A stretch of DNA of 48,463 nucleotides from a virus (taxonomy: Duplodnaviria > Caudoviricetes). The translations under genes and the position numbers were made by a program. Shown one piece after another: positions 23,599 through 32,830 of this stretch. Location of the stretch: IMG/VR virus record IMGVR_UViG_3300005805_006269, positions 1 through 48,463 of that record; one strand, given 5' to 3'. A model generated the notes under the pieces. The model saw nothing but the letters and a program-made list of their open reading frames with translations. It was not told where the DNA came from and ran no database searches. Position 1 is the first letter of the stretch, and each line of letters starts with the position of its first letter.

Positions 23599-24026
23599 AC
23601 TTTAATATTTTTAAACAAGAAGATAACACACAAGAACAAACCTTCATGTATACAGAAGAGCAGCTAATGGCTCGTTTGAAATTTTTTATTGGAATTGTTT
23701 TAGCTCTTACGCTGTTTGGTATAGTGTTTGTAGTACTGTATTCGTTAATATTTGTTACACAACCACTTAATGCAATCTCACCAATAGATCAAAAGTTTTT
23801 TGAATTAATTATTCCAATCGCAACATTCTTGACAGGTACTTTGTCTGGTATTATGTTGGCTGGAAATGATAAAGATTTAAGAGGAAAAGCAATCGATGCT
23901 GCTTCTGGTGTTAACAAGCCCGGAACACCAAATACACCAGCACCAATTGCTTCACCACCTAAATTTACACCACCAGCACAACCAGCAAAGAAAGTTGAAA
24001 ATCTACCAGACGACTTTGAACCTTAA
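23595..24026 (+). CDS. Two-TM membrane protein with Pro-rich tail
   Basis: Two long hydrophobic helices; ATGA overlap with the preceding gene. Confidence 0.65.
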   Translation: MNFNIFKQEDNTQEQTFMYTEEQLMARLKFFIGIVLALTLFGIVFVVLYSLIFVTQPLNAISPIDQKFFELIIPIATFLTGTLSGIMLAGNDKDLRGKAIDAASGVNKPGTPNTPAPIASPPKFTPPAQPAKKVENLPDDFEP

Positions 24027-24027
24027 A

Positions 24028-24462
24028 CTATCGAACTGTATAGTTTCGCTGAATAGTAATGTGTGATCCTGGGTTATAATTCATCACTGTTGATTGCAAG
24101 ACCCCATCAACAACATAAGTGACATTATAACCCACCACAGTAGGTACAGCTTGCTGATGATATGTTGGTGCACATCTTGTATGATAAGATGGTGAACTGA
24201 CAACTTGAGTACCAATAATTGCGCCAACGCCAGTCATAATCCTTCTAGTGTCGTTGCTTCGGCCAACTTGCGAACCAATTAGACCTCCAACTACCCCACC
24301 AACAATTGAATTATCGTAACTAGCAACTTGCTGGCAAGATTGCGTATGAACAGTAACTGCTTCGTTGCGGATAATTGGCTCAACTGATTGCACAGGAACC
24401 GTTTGTGTAGCGGTAGAAAGTGCTAAAGCAGCAGAAGCAATTGTATTTGAAACTACTGGCAT
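24028..24462 (-). CDS. Glycine-zipper 2TM (17-kDa surface antigen/YcfJ-like) protein
   Basis: IVGGVVGGLIGSQVG...GVGAIIG flanked by Cys residues; C-terminal GYNVTY...YNPG. Confidence 0.75.
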   Translation of the reverse strand: MPVVSNTIASAALALSTATQTVPVQSVEPIIRNEAVTVHTQSCQQVASYDNSIVGGVVGGLIGSQVGRSNDTRRIMTGVGAIIGTQVVSSPSYHTRCAPTYHQQAVPTVVGYNVTYVVDGVLQSTVMNYNPGSHITIQRNYTVR

Positions 24463-24492
24463 GGTGTAGACTCCTTTATTTTTGACACTTAC

Positions 24493-24530
24493 AGTATATA
24501 GCTATTTTATGAAAAAATCAACTGTAACTT
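24493..24530 (-). promoter_or_regulatory. Early sigma70-type promoter with shared upstream motif
   Basis: AAGTTACAG-TTGATT-N17-TATACT, then an AAGGAG RBS. Confidence 0.65.
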
Positions 24531-24724
24531 AAAGAAGTAACTTTTAGTGCATCTTTGCGCATCAAAAATGTGCGTGTAGAATTGCCGGGTTTGTAGACAG
24601 TAACATAGTTAACGCCATCAATGTTTTTAACCGCATCATAATTATCACAAAACCATTCATCCGAATTTAACGGATTTCTTAATACTATAGTTTTTTGTTT
24701 TTGATTAAAATTATTTTTCTTCAT
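24518..24724 (-). CDS. Hypothetical protein
   Basis: 68-aa ORF coupled to the upstream gene by ATGA overlap. Confidence 0.6.
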   Translation of the reverse strand: MKKNNFNQKQKTIVLRNPLNSDEWFCDNYDAVKNIDGVNYVTVYKPGNSTRTFLMRKDALKVTSLSYS

Positions 24725-25020
24725 TTTCCAAGCGACTTAGCTAACACAATACCATTACCAAAAATAGAATTGTATTGGTTTCTTAAATCATCAACTGGTT
24801 CTTGTTCCCAAATAATAGCTGTAAGTGCAATTGACACTTCGTGATCCTTTGCGTGTGAGGCATAAGGCATTAAAGCCATTCCAACTTGCTCTGGATTAGA
24901 TCTAGAAGGAACTAAATGAAGTGCGCAGGGACTTTTTAGAGTTAGTTTAGAATTGTCATTGGAGTTTTTAACTTCACCAATAACTTCTTCACCGGTAATT
25001 AACTTCACTATTTTTATCAT
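24721..25020 (-). CDS. Sm-like (LSm-fold) phage protein
   Basis: IKIVKLITGEEVIGEV...LKSP...MPY...QYNSIFG pattern of T4-like phage Sm-like proteins. Confidence 0.6.
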   Translation of the reverse strand: MIKIVKLITGEEVIGEVKNSNDNSKLTLKSPCALHLVPSRSNPEQVGMALMPYASHAKDHEVSIALTAIIWEQEPVDDLRNQYNSIFGNGIVLAKSLGK

Positions 25021-25192
25021 ATAAACTTTCTACAAAAGAATAAGCAGTCTCTTCATTATAGAACATTTTAAAAAAAGTTTCAACTGTTACTTCATTTGAA
25101 CCAATAATAATAATTTGGTCATCAAAGGAACTGGCCTTAATTGACCAGTCCCCCCGACGAGTAGTTGTTAAAGACGAAAACAACTGTTTCAT
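24989..25192 (-). CDS. Hypothetical protein
   Basis: Probable start is ATG 25192 (MKQLFSSL...), coupled to the stop of the 25189-25311 ORF. Confidence 0.55.
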   Translation of the reverse strand: MKQLFSSLTTTRRGDWSIKASSFDDQIIIIGSNEVTVETFFKMFYNEETAYSFVESLYDKNSEVNYR

Positions 25193-25311
25193 TTTCTTAA
25201 ACGTGCAACTCTTTCTTTTTCCAATCGAAGCATAGTTTGAGCTCGAAGTTGTTGAACTTCTGTAATCCAATCAAAGATTGATAAAAAGAATTTTTTTATA
25301 TTATATCTCAT
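25189..25311 (-). CDS. 40-aa hypothetical protein
   Basis: MRYNIKKFFLSIFDWITEVQQLRAQTMLRLEKERVARLRK; overlaps both neighbouring genes. Confidence 0.5.
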   Translation of the reverse strand: MRYNIKKFFLSIFDWITEVQQLRAQTMLRLEKERVARLRK

Positions 25312-25807
25312 GATCTTCTACCAATAGCTGAGGTTTTTTAGAAGAAATAAACTCAGTTACAGCAGAAGGCTCATCCTTAACCTCAATCTTACGAGGTTTA
25401 CGGTGCTCTGGTATAATACGTTCTAGAGCAATTTTAAGCATACCATTAATCATGGCTGCGTCTTTGATCTCTATCTGGTCATCAAGAGCAAATGCACGCG
25501 TAAAAGCACGTGTAGCAATCCCTTTAAAGACAAAATTATCGTTATCGCTTTGAGCATTGCCTTTCACGATTAACTTATTGTCCTCTAAGGTAATTTCAAT
25601 ATCTTGCTTAGATAGACCAGCAACTGCTAGTTCAATAACATACTTGTTATCTTCTACCTTTTTAATATTGTATGGGGGATAATTAGGAATATTTTTTGTC
25701 CAATCATCATGCAGTTTTGCTAGACGATTAAACTGCTCATCAAAACCAACAAAAAATTTATCCATGTCCTTGAATGCCGGACCAAATGAAATGTTACTTA
25801 ATGTCAT
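25301..25807 (-). CDS. hsp20: Small heat-shock protein (Hsp20/IbpA family)
   Basis: NYPPYNI, YVIELAVAG, KGIATRAFTRAF, NGMLKIALERIIPE; start at 25807 (AAGGGG RBS) or 25822. Confidence 0.95.
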   Translation of the reverse strand: MTLSNISFGPAFKDMDKFFVGFDEQFNRLAKLHDDWTKNIPNYPPYNIKKVEDNKYVIELAVAGLSKQDIEITLEDNKLIVKGNAQSDNDNFVFKGIATRAFTRAFALDDQIEIKDAAMINGMLKIALERIIPEHRKPRKIEVKDEPSAVTEFISSKKPQLLVEDHEI

Positions 25808-25821
25808 ATTATTCCCCTTCA

Positions 25822-26031
25822 TTATTTTGTAAATAATTTAGATACAGCTACAGTTGCAATTTCACCGGTTACTTCCCAACAAGTCTTAGCGATTTGTTTG
25901 GTAAAGTCGGTTTGTGCATCTACAAACTGCTGGAGGGGTTTGCGGACCGAAGCGTCCTGAACGTATTGGTTTAACCAAGAGGTCTTACCGGATTGAATGG
26001 CATCAATAGCCATGTTTGCGTACATAAGCAT
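25822..26031 (-). CDS. Small amphipathic helical protein (phasin-like)
   Basis: IDAIQSGK...LQQFVDAQTDFTKQIAK amphipathic helices; strong AAGGAG RBS. Confidence 0.5.
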   Translation of the reverse strand: MLMYANMAIDAIQSGKTSWLNQYVQDASVRKPLQQFVDAQTDFTKQIAKTCWEVTGEIATVAVSKLFTK

Positions 26032-26140
26032 GTTTGCTCCTTATTAAGCGAGTTTAAATAAAAATGCTACCCCGAAGGCATAGCGGTTAAGTCGGCTTTT
26101 AGCGTAGTTACCGACTAACTACGATCCATCCCGAATGGAA
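26032..26140 (-). promoter_or_regulatory. Structured 5' leader: ROSE-like RNA thermometer, UUCG hairpin and H-type pseudoknot
   Basis: CUCGCUUAAUAAGGAG (UCGCU pairing with the SD); GCUAUGCC-UUCG-GGGUAGC; CGUAGUUA-GUCGG-UAACUACG with downstream CCGAC. Confidence 0.6.
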
Positions 26141-26145
26141 TGATA

Positions 26146-26153
26146 TATTTATC
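26146..26153 (-). promoter_or_regulatory. Candidate late promoter (GATAAATA) for the Hsp20 operon
   Basis: NATAAATA overlapping the regA stop, immediately 5' of the structured leader. Confidence 0.45.
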
Positions 26154-26565
26154 TTTTTTTACCTATGTTATATTTGGACTGCAAATCCCAATCATCTTTT
26201 TCTTTGTAACTTATTACTTTTACCTGCGACAAAGGGGCAAGCGATTGGTGTAAATTAGCATTTATTATCTTTAACAATCCCCAATCAGACAACAGCTTTG
26301 CTATTACGTTCCTTCTTTCTAAATCATTGTCTGTAAGCTCAGCTTGTTTGCCATCTAGTGCAAATAGCTCTTTAAAATGAACGATAAAATAGCGTCCCTG
26401 CTTGTGGAGTATATGGCAGCTTTGATATAGAATTTGGTCCTTTTTGGAAGCCACACCAATTCTAGTTAGTGTTTCTTTAATTTTTAAAAAATCATCTGGA
26501 TGATCTAAAGTAACTTCCAATGGCATATAACCTTCCATGTCGATATTAAAAAACTCATTTGTCAT
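26149..26565 (-). CDS. regA: RegA translational repressor
   Basis: DDFLKIKETLTRIGVAS, LYQSCHILHKQGRYFIVHFKELFALDG, KYNIG. Confidence 0.97.
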   Translation of the reverse strand: MTNEFFNIDMEGYMPLEVTLDHPDDFLKIKETLTRIGVASKKDQILYQSCHILHKQGRYFIVHFKELFALDGKQAELTDNDLERRNVIAKLLSDWGLLKIINANLHQSLAPLSQVKVISYKEKDDWDLQSKYNIGKKR

Positions 26566-26938
26566 TAACTCCACCTTTTTTTAATTTTTCTTTTAGAGTG
26601 TTAATTTGGTCGCTAGTGAGAACAGAAAGAACTTGTCTTGCTTTTTCTGTGTTGTATCCATAATATTCTTTCACTATTTCTAAAGATTCTAAAGTTTCAG
26701 GTTTTATCCATTTATTAAATCTTTTGCGAGCACGAACAATATTTATAAGAAAGTTATATTGCAGCTTTTTTTCGAGGTGGGGGCGGGAATTCATCTCATT
26801 TGCCGGAATAACCGTATCGTGAGAATAGGAAAGACCTTTATTTACAATATATGGGTTGTATTGCTTTTCAGACCACTCATCAACTATTAGATTTTCTTTT
26901 GTGTGGTTGATTGAATTAATAAAGTCAAACGGTGACAT
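26555..26938 (-). CDS. 62: Clamp loader small subunit (gp62)
   Basis: YNPYIVNKGLS, ANEMN, QYNFL, KEYYGYN; synteny with regA and 44. Confidence 0.93.
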   Translation of the reverse strand: MSPFDFINSINHTKENLIVDEWSEKQYNPYIVNKGLSYSHDTVIPANEMNSRPHLEKKLQYNFLINIVRARKRFNKWIKPETLESLEIVKEYYGYNTEKARQVLSVLTSDQINTLKEKLKKGGVNDK

Positions 26939-26943
26939 TTAAA

Positions 26944-27141
26944 TTAACCAGCCACATAATTTTTAGCTTCTATCACTGCCTTGTCTAAATCTTTAAAAAA
27001 TTTAAACATTTCATAGTCTTGGTTTGACTCTTTAAAAACAAGTTTAAACATATCTGGATATATCGTTTTACTTGATAATACTTTAGCATTTTTGTTTTTA
27101 TCTTCAGACCAGTATTCACTAACTACAATTTCATTAATCAC
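26944..27141 (-). CDS. Hypothetical protein inserted between 44 and 62
   Basis: 65-aa ORF with a GGAG RBS. Confidence 0.6.
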   Translation of the reverse strand: MINEIVVSEYWSEDKNKNAKVLSSKTIYPDMFKLVFKESNQDYEMFKFFKDLDKAVIEAKNYVAG

Positions 27142-28069
27142 TTTTTATCTCCACGGAAGCCATAATTTCAGTTAAACATGCTACTAAGTTAATTTCCTGA
27201 TCGCTAACAAAAGAAGCTTTGTATTGATAATCAGCTATCGTTAAGACAAGCTGAGGAACTTGGTTTGTAAGCGGCACTAAAGTATCGTAAATCTTTCTAA
27301 AAAGCGTCTGGGGTTCATTGTCAAGATTATTCACCACCCAAGCTCTCATAGTCTTCCAATCTTTTCTTTTCAGACTATCAACCATCTCTGTCATATTTTC
27401 GTCAGATATATTTACCAAGATACCTTCGTCAATAAAACCACACTGTGAGTAGCGTTGCAACTCATTAATAGTTCTTCTGTAGTCTGGAAAATATTTACTG
27501 ACTACTTTTGCTAATGCTTTTGTATCAAACTTAATTTGCTCTTCATTAAGTATCAGCTGCAAACGCTTAAACATATCGCTTGCTAGTTTAGGTTTTTCTC
27601 CATTTGGAATTTTAAAATCAATTACAGCACATCTACTATGCAGCGCTGGTATAATTCGATTCTTGTAGTTGCAGGTAAAGATGAATCTACAATTAGTTGC
27701 AAACTCCTCTATAAATCCTCGTAGGGCTGGTTGTGTAGAATTTGGATTTAAATAATCAGCTTCATCTAGTATTACAACTTTGATCCCACCACTAAAAGAA
27801 ACAGTAGCTGCAAATTGTCTTATCTTGTTTCTTAAAACATCAATACCAGATTCTTCTGATCCGTTAATGAGAATATAGTCACATTCAAGCTCTTCACACA
27901 AAGCTCTTGCTATTGTTGTCTTGCCTGTACCAGCACTACCACAAAACAACATATTCTGAACTTCACTCTTCTCAACCAAAGATTTAAAATAATCTTTTAA
28001 TTCTTTTGGTAATACACAATCATTTATTTTTTTAGGTCTGTATTGTTCGACCCACAAGAATTGATCCAT
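27134..28069 (-). CDS. 44: Clamp loader large subunit (gp44)
   Basis: LWVEQYRP, GSAGTGKTT, ILDEAD, LHSRC. Confidence 0.96.
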   Translation of the reverse strand: MDQFLWVEQYRPKKINDCVLPKELKDYFKSLVEKSEVQNMLFCGSAGTGKTTIARALCEELECDYILINGSEESGIDVLRNKIRQFAATVSFSGGIKVVILDEADYLNPNSTQPALRGFIEEFATNCRFIFTCNYKNRIIPALHSRCAVIDFKIPNGEKPKLASDMFKRLQLILNEEQIKFDTKALAKVVSKYFPDYRRTINELQRYSQCGFIDEGILVNISDENMTEMVDSLKRKDWKTMRAWVVNNLDNEPQTLFRKIYDTLVPLTNQVPQLVLTIADYQYKASFVSDQEINLVACLTEIMASVEIKSD

Positions 28070-28743
28070 TACACTACTGAACCTGGTTCAACTGCAATCC
28101 AATACTTAATTGGTTTAGTCTCGTGCTTAAAAAATAAAAATTTACCTTTACCGTTTGGCGTTTTAGCAACAGAAACCTCATAAGCATCTGGAATTACTTT
28201 TAAGTTTTCTACAGCAATGAATACATCAAAGTTATCGAACGCTGTACCCAGGTTCTTTTTAAAGCTGTTTGATGTATCGTTCTTTCTATCACCAACAACT
28301 AAAGATACTTGCTGACTCTTGTTTGTAATAGAAATATTAGGAGCACTAGTAATTGCAGCAGCCTTCATAATCATCTGAATGTCTTCTGCAGTAAGTTTAA
28401 ACTTGTAAATGTCTACATGTTCAAACTCAGCATCAGGTGGAGCTTTCACAACATCTGGGCTTGTGTAAAAGTATTCAAACTCTCCTCTATCACTCTTAAC
28501 TGTAATGCTCTTATCACCAAACGATACTTCTTGATTCTCCATTAGAGTTAGAATAGCAAGTAAGGAGTTTAACTCATATACTGCAAACTGATTTGGAATA
28601 CTTTCTTTGATTGTTGCTCTCACAAAGATATTTCTACCACCAGAGATAGTTGATATTGTATCACCTGGTTTAAACACCATAGAGCTGTTAATAGAAGCAA
28701 AGTTCTTTAAGATCACCAACGTCTCATTACTAATTTTCATCAC
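28069..28743 (-). CDS. 45: Sliding clamp (gp45)
   Basis: MKISNETLVILKNFASIN...ENLKVIPDAYEV...YWIAVE. Confidence 0.95.
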   Translation of the reverse strand: MMKISNETLVILKNFASINSSMVFKPGDTISTISGGRNIFVRATIKESIPNQFAVYELNSLLAILTLMENQEVSFGDKSITVKSDRGEFEYFYTSPDVVKAPPDAEFEHVDIYKFKLTAEDIQMIMKAAAITSAPNISITNKSQQVSLVVGDRKNDTSNSFKKNLGTAFDNFDVFIAVENLKVIPDAYEVSVAKTPNGKGKFLFFKHETKPIKYWIAVEPGSVV

Positions 28744-28752
28744 TACCTCACA

Positions 28753-29505
28753 TTAAAGAGTTATTGTAATAGTTTCTTGTTTATTTCTCCATGGAAAGTT
28801 TCCATTATATCTTTGATCCATAACTTGGTTTCCTTGTAAAAAGAAACCAGCCTGAACTGAGTCTGGTCTATTACCAACTCTGTAGTTAAGTGTATAGTCT
28901 CCAGTACAAGCATAAGTGTATTTCTTTTGTAAGAGCAATTGCATTAACAACCTATCTACTTCTGGCTGCTCTTGTGGATGTCTAGCTCTTCTATACCAAA
29001 TCCACGACGATTCAATTACAAATCTTTTTGGTAAAAAGTAGCACCCTACATCTACAAAGTATTCTGTATTACTTAATACTGTTGGCCAAAGCCCTAAACT
29101 TTCACAATCATCATTACAGATGTAATTGCTCTCACTGTCAATAATTTTTCTTAATGAAAAGCACCAATCATAATACTTTGATTTTTCAACTAACGTCTCA
29201 ACATGGTTTGGTTCAATCCAATTATCCTCATCGAGAAATACAAAATAGTCTGCATCAATTAGATATGGAACTCCACCATATATTCTATGTCCATTGTATC
29301 CCCCTGCGCCAGTATTTTGTTCTAACCACAAAAATTTAGCGCTTGAATAATTGGCTGCATTTATTCTACCAAAATACTCAAGACCATCTACAACAACAAG
29401 ATGTGTTAAATTGGTGTAGGTTTGATTCTTAACAGACTCAATATTTTGTTGAAGATATTTTGCTCCAGTTGTTGGAGTAATTACTGCAACTTTAGGACCA
29501 CTCAT
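28753..29505 (-). CDS. GT2-family glycosyltransferase
   Basis: VAVITPT, SVKNQTY, VVVDG, FLDEDNW. Confidence 0.85.
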   Translation of the reverse strand: MSGPKVAVITPTTGAKYLQQNIESVKNQTYTNLTHLVVVDGLEYFGRINAANYSSAKFLWLEQNTGAGGYNGHRIYGGVPYLIDADYFVFLDEDNWIEPNHVETLVEKSKYYDWCFSLRKIIDSESNYICNDDCESLGLWPTVLSNTEYFVDVGCYFLPKRFVIESSWIWYRRARHPQEQPEVDRLLMQLLLQKKYTYACTGDYTLNYRVGNRPDSVQAGFFLQGNQVMDQRYNGNFPWRNKQETITITL

Positions 29506-30389
29506 ACGTTATACATTTCTTTCATTTTAAAATATGTTTTTTCCAACCCAGAACGCAGATTATAATTAGGTTGAAAACCTGTCAATTTATTAAGCAATGA
29601 TATGTCAGCCTGAAACTGAAGATGACCAGTGTGTTCCCCATTACCAATTTCAATCTTAGTTTTAGAAACGTCCTCGAGAATCTTAACTATATCCAAAACA
29701 GAACTCATTACACCAGACGCAACATTCACTGGACCAGTATAGCTTGTATTTAATAATGAGACAATAGCATCGGATGCGTCCTCTGTAAAAACAAAGTCCC
29801 TTTGTGGTTTACCAGTTTTAACTTTAGCATTACCTTTAAACAATAAACCCTCTATTAATTCATTTACTAAGTCTGGTCTACCTAAAGCAGTTGTAGGACC
29901 ATAGATGTTAGTTAATCTAACAACAATATTTGGTACATCTGAAAAAAACCTAGCTACTTCTTCACCTAAATGTTTGCTAAAAATGTATTGATTTTGATAA
30001 GGGTTTAGTTTAGTGTCTTCTGCAACAGGCAAAGTCATAACATTTCTATCATATAACAGAATAGAACTAAAACTAATTAACTTATTGATCTGTCTTTCTC
30101 TAAAGTATGTAAAAATTTTATAAAGTGGTATTGCATTCTTTTCTAATGCTTCTATGTTAAGTGGGATTTCTTGATTAAGTGTTACGTGATTAGAACTACC
30201 AACCATCATAATAACATTATCAAAATCTAACCTATCTAACACTGAAGGCATTGCATCAATTGATGGACAATAAACGTGTTGAACGTTTTTGATTGGTGGT
30301 ATAGTTCTACCAACAGAAACAATATGAGGATATCTTGTTAAAATTTGTGGTCCTAAGAATCCACTGGAACCTAGTAAAATAGTTTTCAT
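29502..30389 (-). CDS. NAD-dependent epimerase/reductase (extended SDR)
   Basis: GSSGFLG, YIFSK (YxxxK), NIYGP, RDFVF. Confidence 0.85.
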   Translation of the reverse strand: MKTILLGSSGFLGPQILTRYPHIVSVGRTIPPIKNVQHVYCPSIDAMPSVLDRLDFDNVIMMVGSSNHVTLNQEIPLNIEALEKNAIPLYKIFTYFRERQINKLISFSSILLYDRNVMTLPVAEDTKLNPYQNQYIFSKHLGEEVARFFSDVPNIVVRLTNIYGPTTALGRPDLVNELIEGLLFKGNAKVKTGKPQRDFVFTEDASDAIVSLLNTSYTGPVNVASGVMSSVLDIVKILEDVSKTKIEIGNGEHTGHLQFQADISLLNKLTGFQPNYNLRSGLEKTYFKMKEMYNV

Positions 30390-31186
30390 GATTTACTCAA
30401 AAAATAATTATTATATGTCTTTGCAATGTATCTTTTATTTCTTTCAAAGATTTCTCCAATCTTTGAATTTACGTTTGTTTCTTTTTTCTCTCTTGTTGAA
30501 CCCCAATCAACATCACTTTGATATTTAAGAGCAAGTATACCATTTTTAAAACCAGCCAGATTCATTCGAATGCTAAAGTCATGGCAATCAAAACCACATG
30601 GAGCTAGATCTTCGTTATAAAATCCAACTTCTCTATACCTTTTCCAAAGTACACAAGTAGGGCTTCTTATTACTGCTTCTGTGTGTGTAAATTTGTTATG
30701 TTTAAGTTGTTTAAAGTGTGTCAAACCCATAGTAGACCAATGACCAAATTCTGATTCGACAAAATTATTCTCGCCAATAGAGTCTCCATTTAAATGTAAA
30801 CTACAACCAAGTCTCCACGAAATGTATCCAAGGTTTGGTAAGTGATTAAACAGTTTCTTGAACTTGAGATCAACATTTGTGTCTTGAATTACAACATCAT
30901 CTTGTACAGTAAAAACAAGATCATTATCACTAGGATTTAAATTATCTCTAATGTAAGACAAACCCATATTGAGCGATCTAATTTCATGAACATCATTTGC
31001 GTATAGCAATACAATATTATCATTCTTAATCTTTTTTAATATAGCTTCACTACTGTCTGTACACCCATCAATAATAAAAACAACTTTAAAGTCAGCCTCT
31101 TTGCTAACACTTTGCAGTATACCATTGCATACTTGTGCTATTAAATTTTCTTTGTTGAATACTGGAACAATAAAAAAACTCCTCAC
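30386..31186 (-). CDS. GT2-family glycosyltransferase
   Basis: IVPVFN, IIDGCTDSS, QDD, DCHDFSIR. Confidence 0.85.
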   Translation of the reverse strand: MRSFFIVPVFNKENLIAQVCNGILQSVSKEADFKVVFIIDGCTDSSEAILKKIKNDNIVLLYANDVHEIRSLNMGLSYIRDNLNPSDNDLVFTVQDDVVIQDTNVDLKFKKLFNHLPNLGYISWRLGCSLHLNGDSIGENNFVESEFGHWSTMGLTHFKQLKHNKFTHTEAVIRSPTCVLWKRYREVGFYNEDLAPCGFDCHDFSIRMNLAGFKNGILALKYQSDVDWGSTREKKETNVNSKIGEIFERNKRYIAKTYNNYFLSKS

Positions 31187-31875
31187 TGAAATATTCCTTT
31201 ACTAAACTTATACGACTTGTCGAGTAATTTGGGATTGAACCCATTACACTCAGCGAGAGTAGGAGGATATAGTGGTATGTCATTTTCATCATACCCGTTG
31301 CCACAAAAGTCATACTTGTTCTTGAGCTGATTTCTTGTTTTTGAAAACCAACCTTCTTTCATGCAATGAATTATAGCATTGTATCTAACTACAGGATACA
31401 CAAAGTCTCTTAAGTACACTTGGTCGTTTGTGTAATAAAATGGATGAAATACAAACTGATTCATAATGTCTAATAGCTTACTTTCCAATTTGCCTTTGTA
31501 CCCAAATGCGCAAGCAATAATTGGAAACTCGTAGTGAGCTTCATGATCTCTAAACGTATGAAATAAATTAGAAGACTTTACCCATTCTTCAACTGCCATC
31601 TGTTCTCTAACCGTCACTCTACCATCTGTATCTCTTACAATTACAATATTGTCTTCTGATTCAAACAGCGGCTCAAATCTCCAAAAAACACCATTAGCAC
31701 AACCACTTTTATCAATAATCTCTACGCCAGATTCTTGTTTAAAATTTAAAACATTGTCTGTATAAAGTCTAACAGTAAATTCTGGATAAAATTCTTTTGC
31801 AAGTTCAATCTGTCTTTTAGCACCTACGATGTAACGTGGATTGTTTCCCCACACACTCATTGAAAATATTTTCAT
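31183..31875 (-). CDS. Putative GT-A fold glycosyltransferase
   Basis: SMSVWG..RYIVGA, WRF, IVRDTDGR (DxD), DQVYL; cluster context. Confidence 0.55.
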   Translation of the reverse strand: MKIFSMSVWGNNPRYIVGAKRQIELAKEFYPEFTVRLYTDNVLNFKQESGVEIIDKSGCANGVFWRFEPLFESEDNIVIVRDTDGRVTVREQMAVEEWVKSSNLFHTFRDHEAHYEFPIIACAFGYKGKLESKLLDIMNQFVFHPFYYTNDQVYLRDFVYPVVRYNAIIHCMKEGWFSKTRNQLKNKYDFCGNGYDENDIPLYPPTLAECNGFNPKLLDKSYKFSKGIFQ

Positions 31876-31878
31876 ATA

Positions 31879-32829
31879 TCACCAAACAAAATTATGTTTA
31901 TGGAAGTTTACTATTTTCTCTAAAGAGCTATCAAAATTAGCAACAGGTTTCCATCCTAAATTTTTTAACTTTGTATCATCAATAGAATACCGAACATCTT
32001 GGCCTTGTCTTTTTTCTGAAAAGTCCATATACATGTTATAGTCTTTAACTGATCCTTCAAAAAACAAATCTATAATTTTTCTTGCAATTGTAATATTTTG
32101 TTCTTCATAGTTGCCCGATATGTTGTAAATTTCGTTTATACTTTTTGATTTAATTAAGATTAGAACAGCAGCAGCTGTATCTTCTACATGCAACCATGTT
32201 CTTCTAGGTGTACCATTATCATGCATAATAATAGGCCTGCCTAAAGATATGTGTTTACACGCTTTTGGTATAAATTTTTCTACATATTGACCAATGCCGT
32301 AATTATTTGTAGGTCTGACAATTAAGTATGGAACATCATACGTTCTAGCCCAAGCAATTACCAGCATATCAGCTGCTGCCTTAGTTGCAGAATATGGATT
32401 ACTAGGTTTTAGTAAATCACTTTCTATATGGGAACCTTTTGCAATATCTCCATACACCTCATCTGTGCTGAAATGTAGCAATATAGGACGTCTTGCCTTT
32501 GGCTTTGCTTTGATAAGTTCTAGTATTTTATGAACACCATTAATATTACTTTTAAGAAACACATCTGAACTAACTATGCTATTATCCACATGAGTTTCTG
32601 CAGCAGTATTAATAAAGTAATCGCAATCTAAAATACATTCAAGATCATTAATATCTAATTCTAAAAATTTAAATTTTTCATTTTTTAATAATGAAGGAAG
32701 AAAATGTAAATTACATGCATATGTTTTTTTATCTATTCCAAAAACATAATACCCTTCATCTAAACATTTTTTGGTTAAATGATAACCTATAAATCCTAAG
32801 CATCCAGTTATATAAACAATTTTAGTCAT
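31879..32829 (-). CDS. rfbB: NDP-glucose 4,6-dehydratase (RfbB/RmlB-like)
   Basis: GCLGFIG, AAETHVDNSI, STDEVYG, PYSATKA, NNYG, DVRYSID. Confidence 0.88.
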   Translation of the reverse strand: MTKIVYITGCLGFIGYHLTKKCLDEGYYVFGIDKKTYACNLHFLPSLLKNEKFKFLELDINDLECILDCDYFINTAAETHVDNSIVSSDVFLKSNINGVHKILELIKAKPKARRPILLHFSTDEVYGDIAKGSHIESDLLKPSNPYSATKAAADMLVIAWARTYDVPYLIVRPTNNYGIGQYVEKFIPKACKHISLGRPIIMHDNGTPRRTWLHVEDTAAAVLILIKSKSINEIYNISGNYEEQNITIARKIIDLFFEGSVKDYNMYMDFSEKRQGQDVRYSIDDTKLKNLGWKPVANFDSSLEKIVNFHKHNFVW

Positions 32830-32830
32830 A

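Noticed and set aside
25193-25270. N-terminal extension of the 24989-25270 ORF in the track
   Set aside because: The region is better explained by the overlapping 40-aa ORF 25189-25311, with an ATGA-coupled start at 25192
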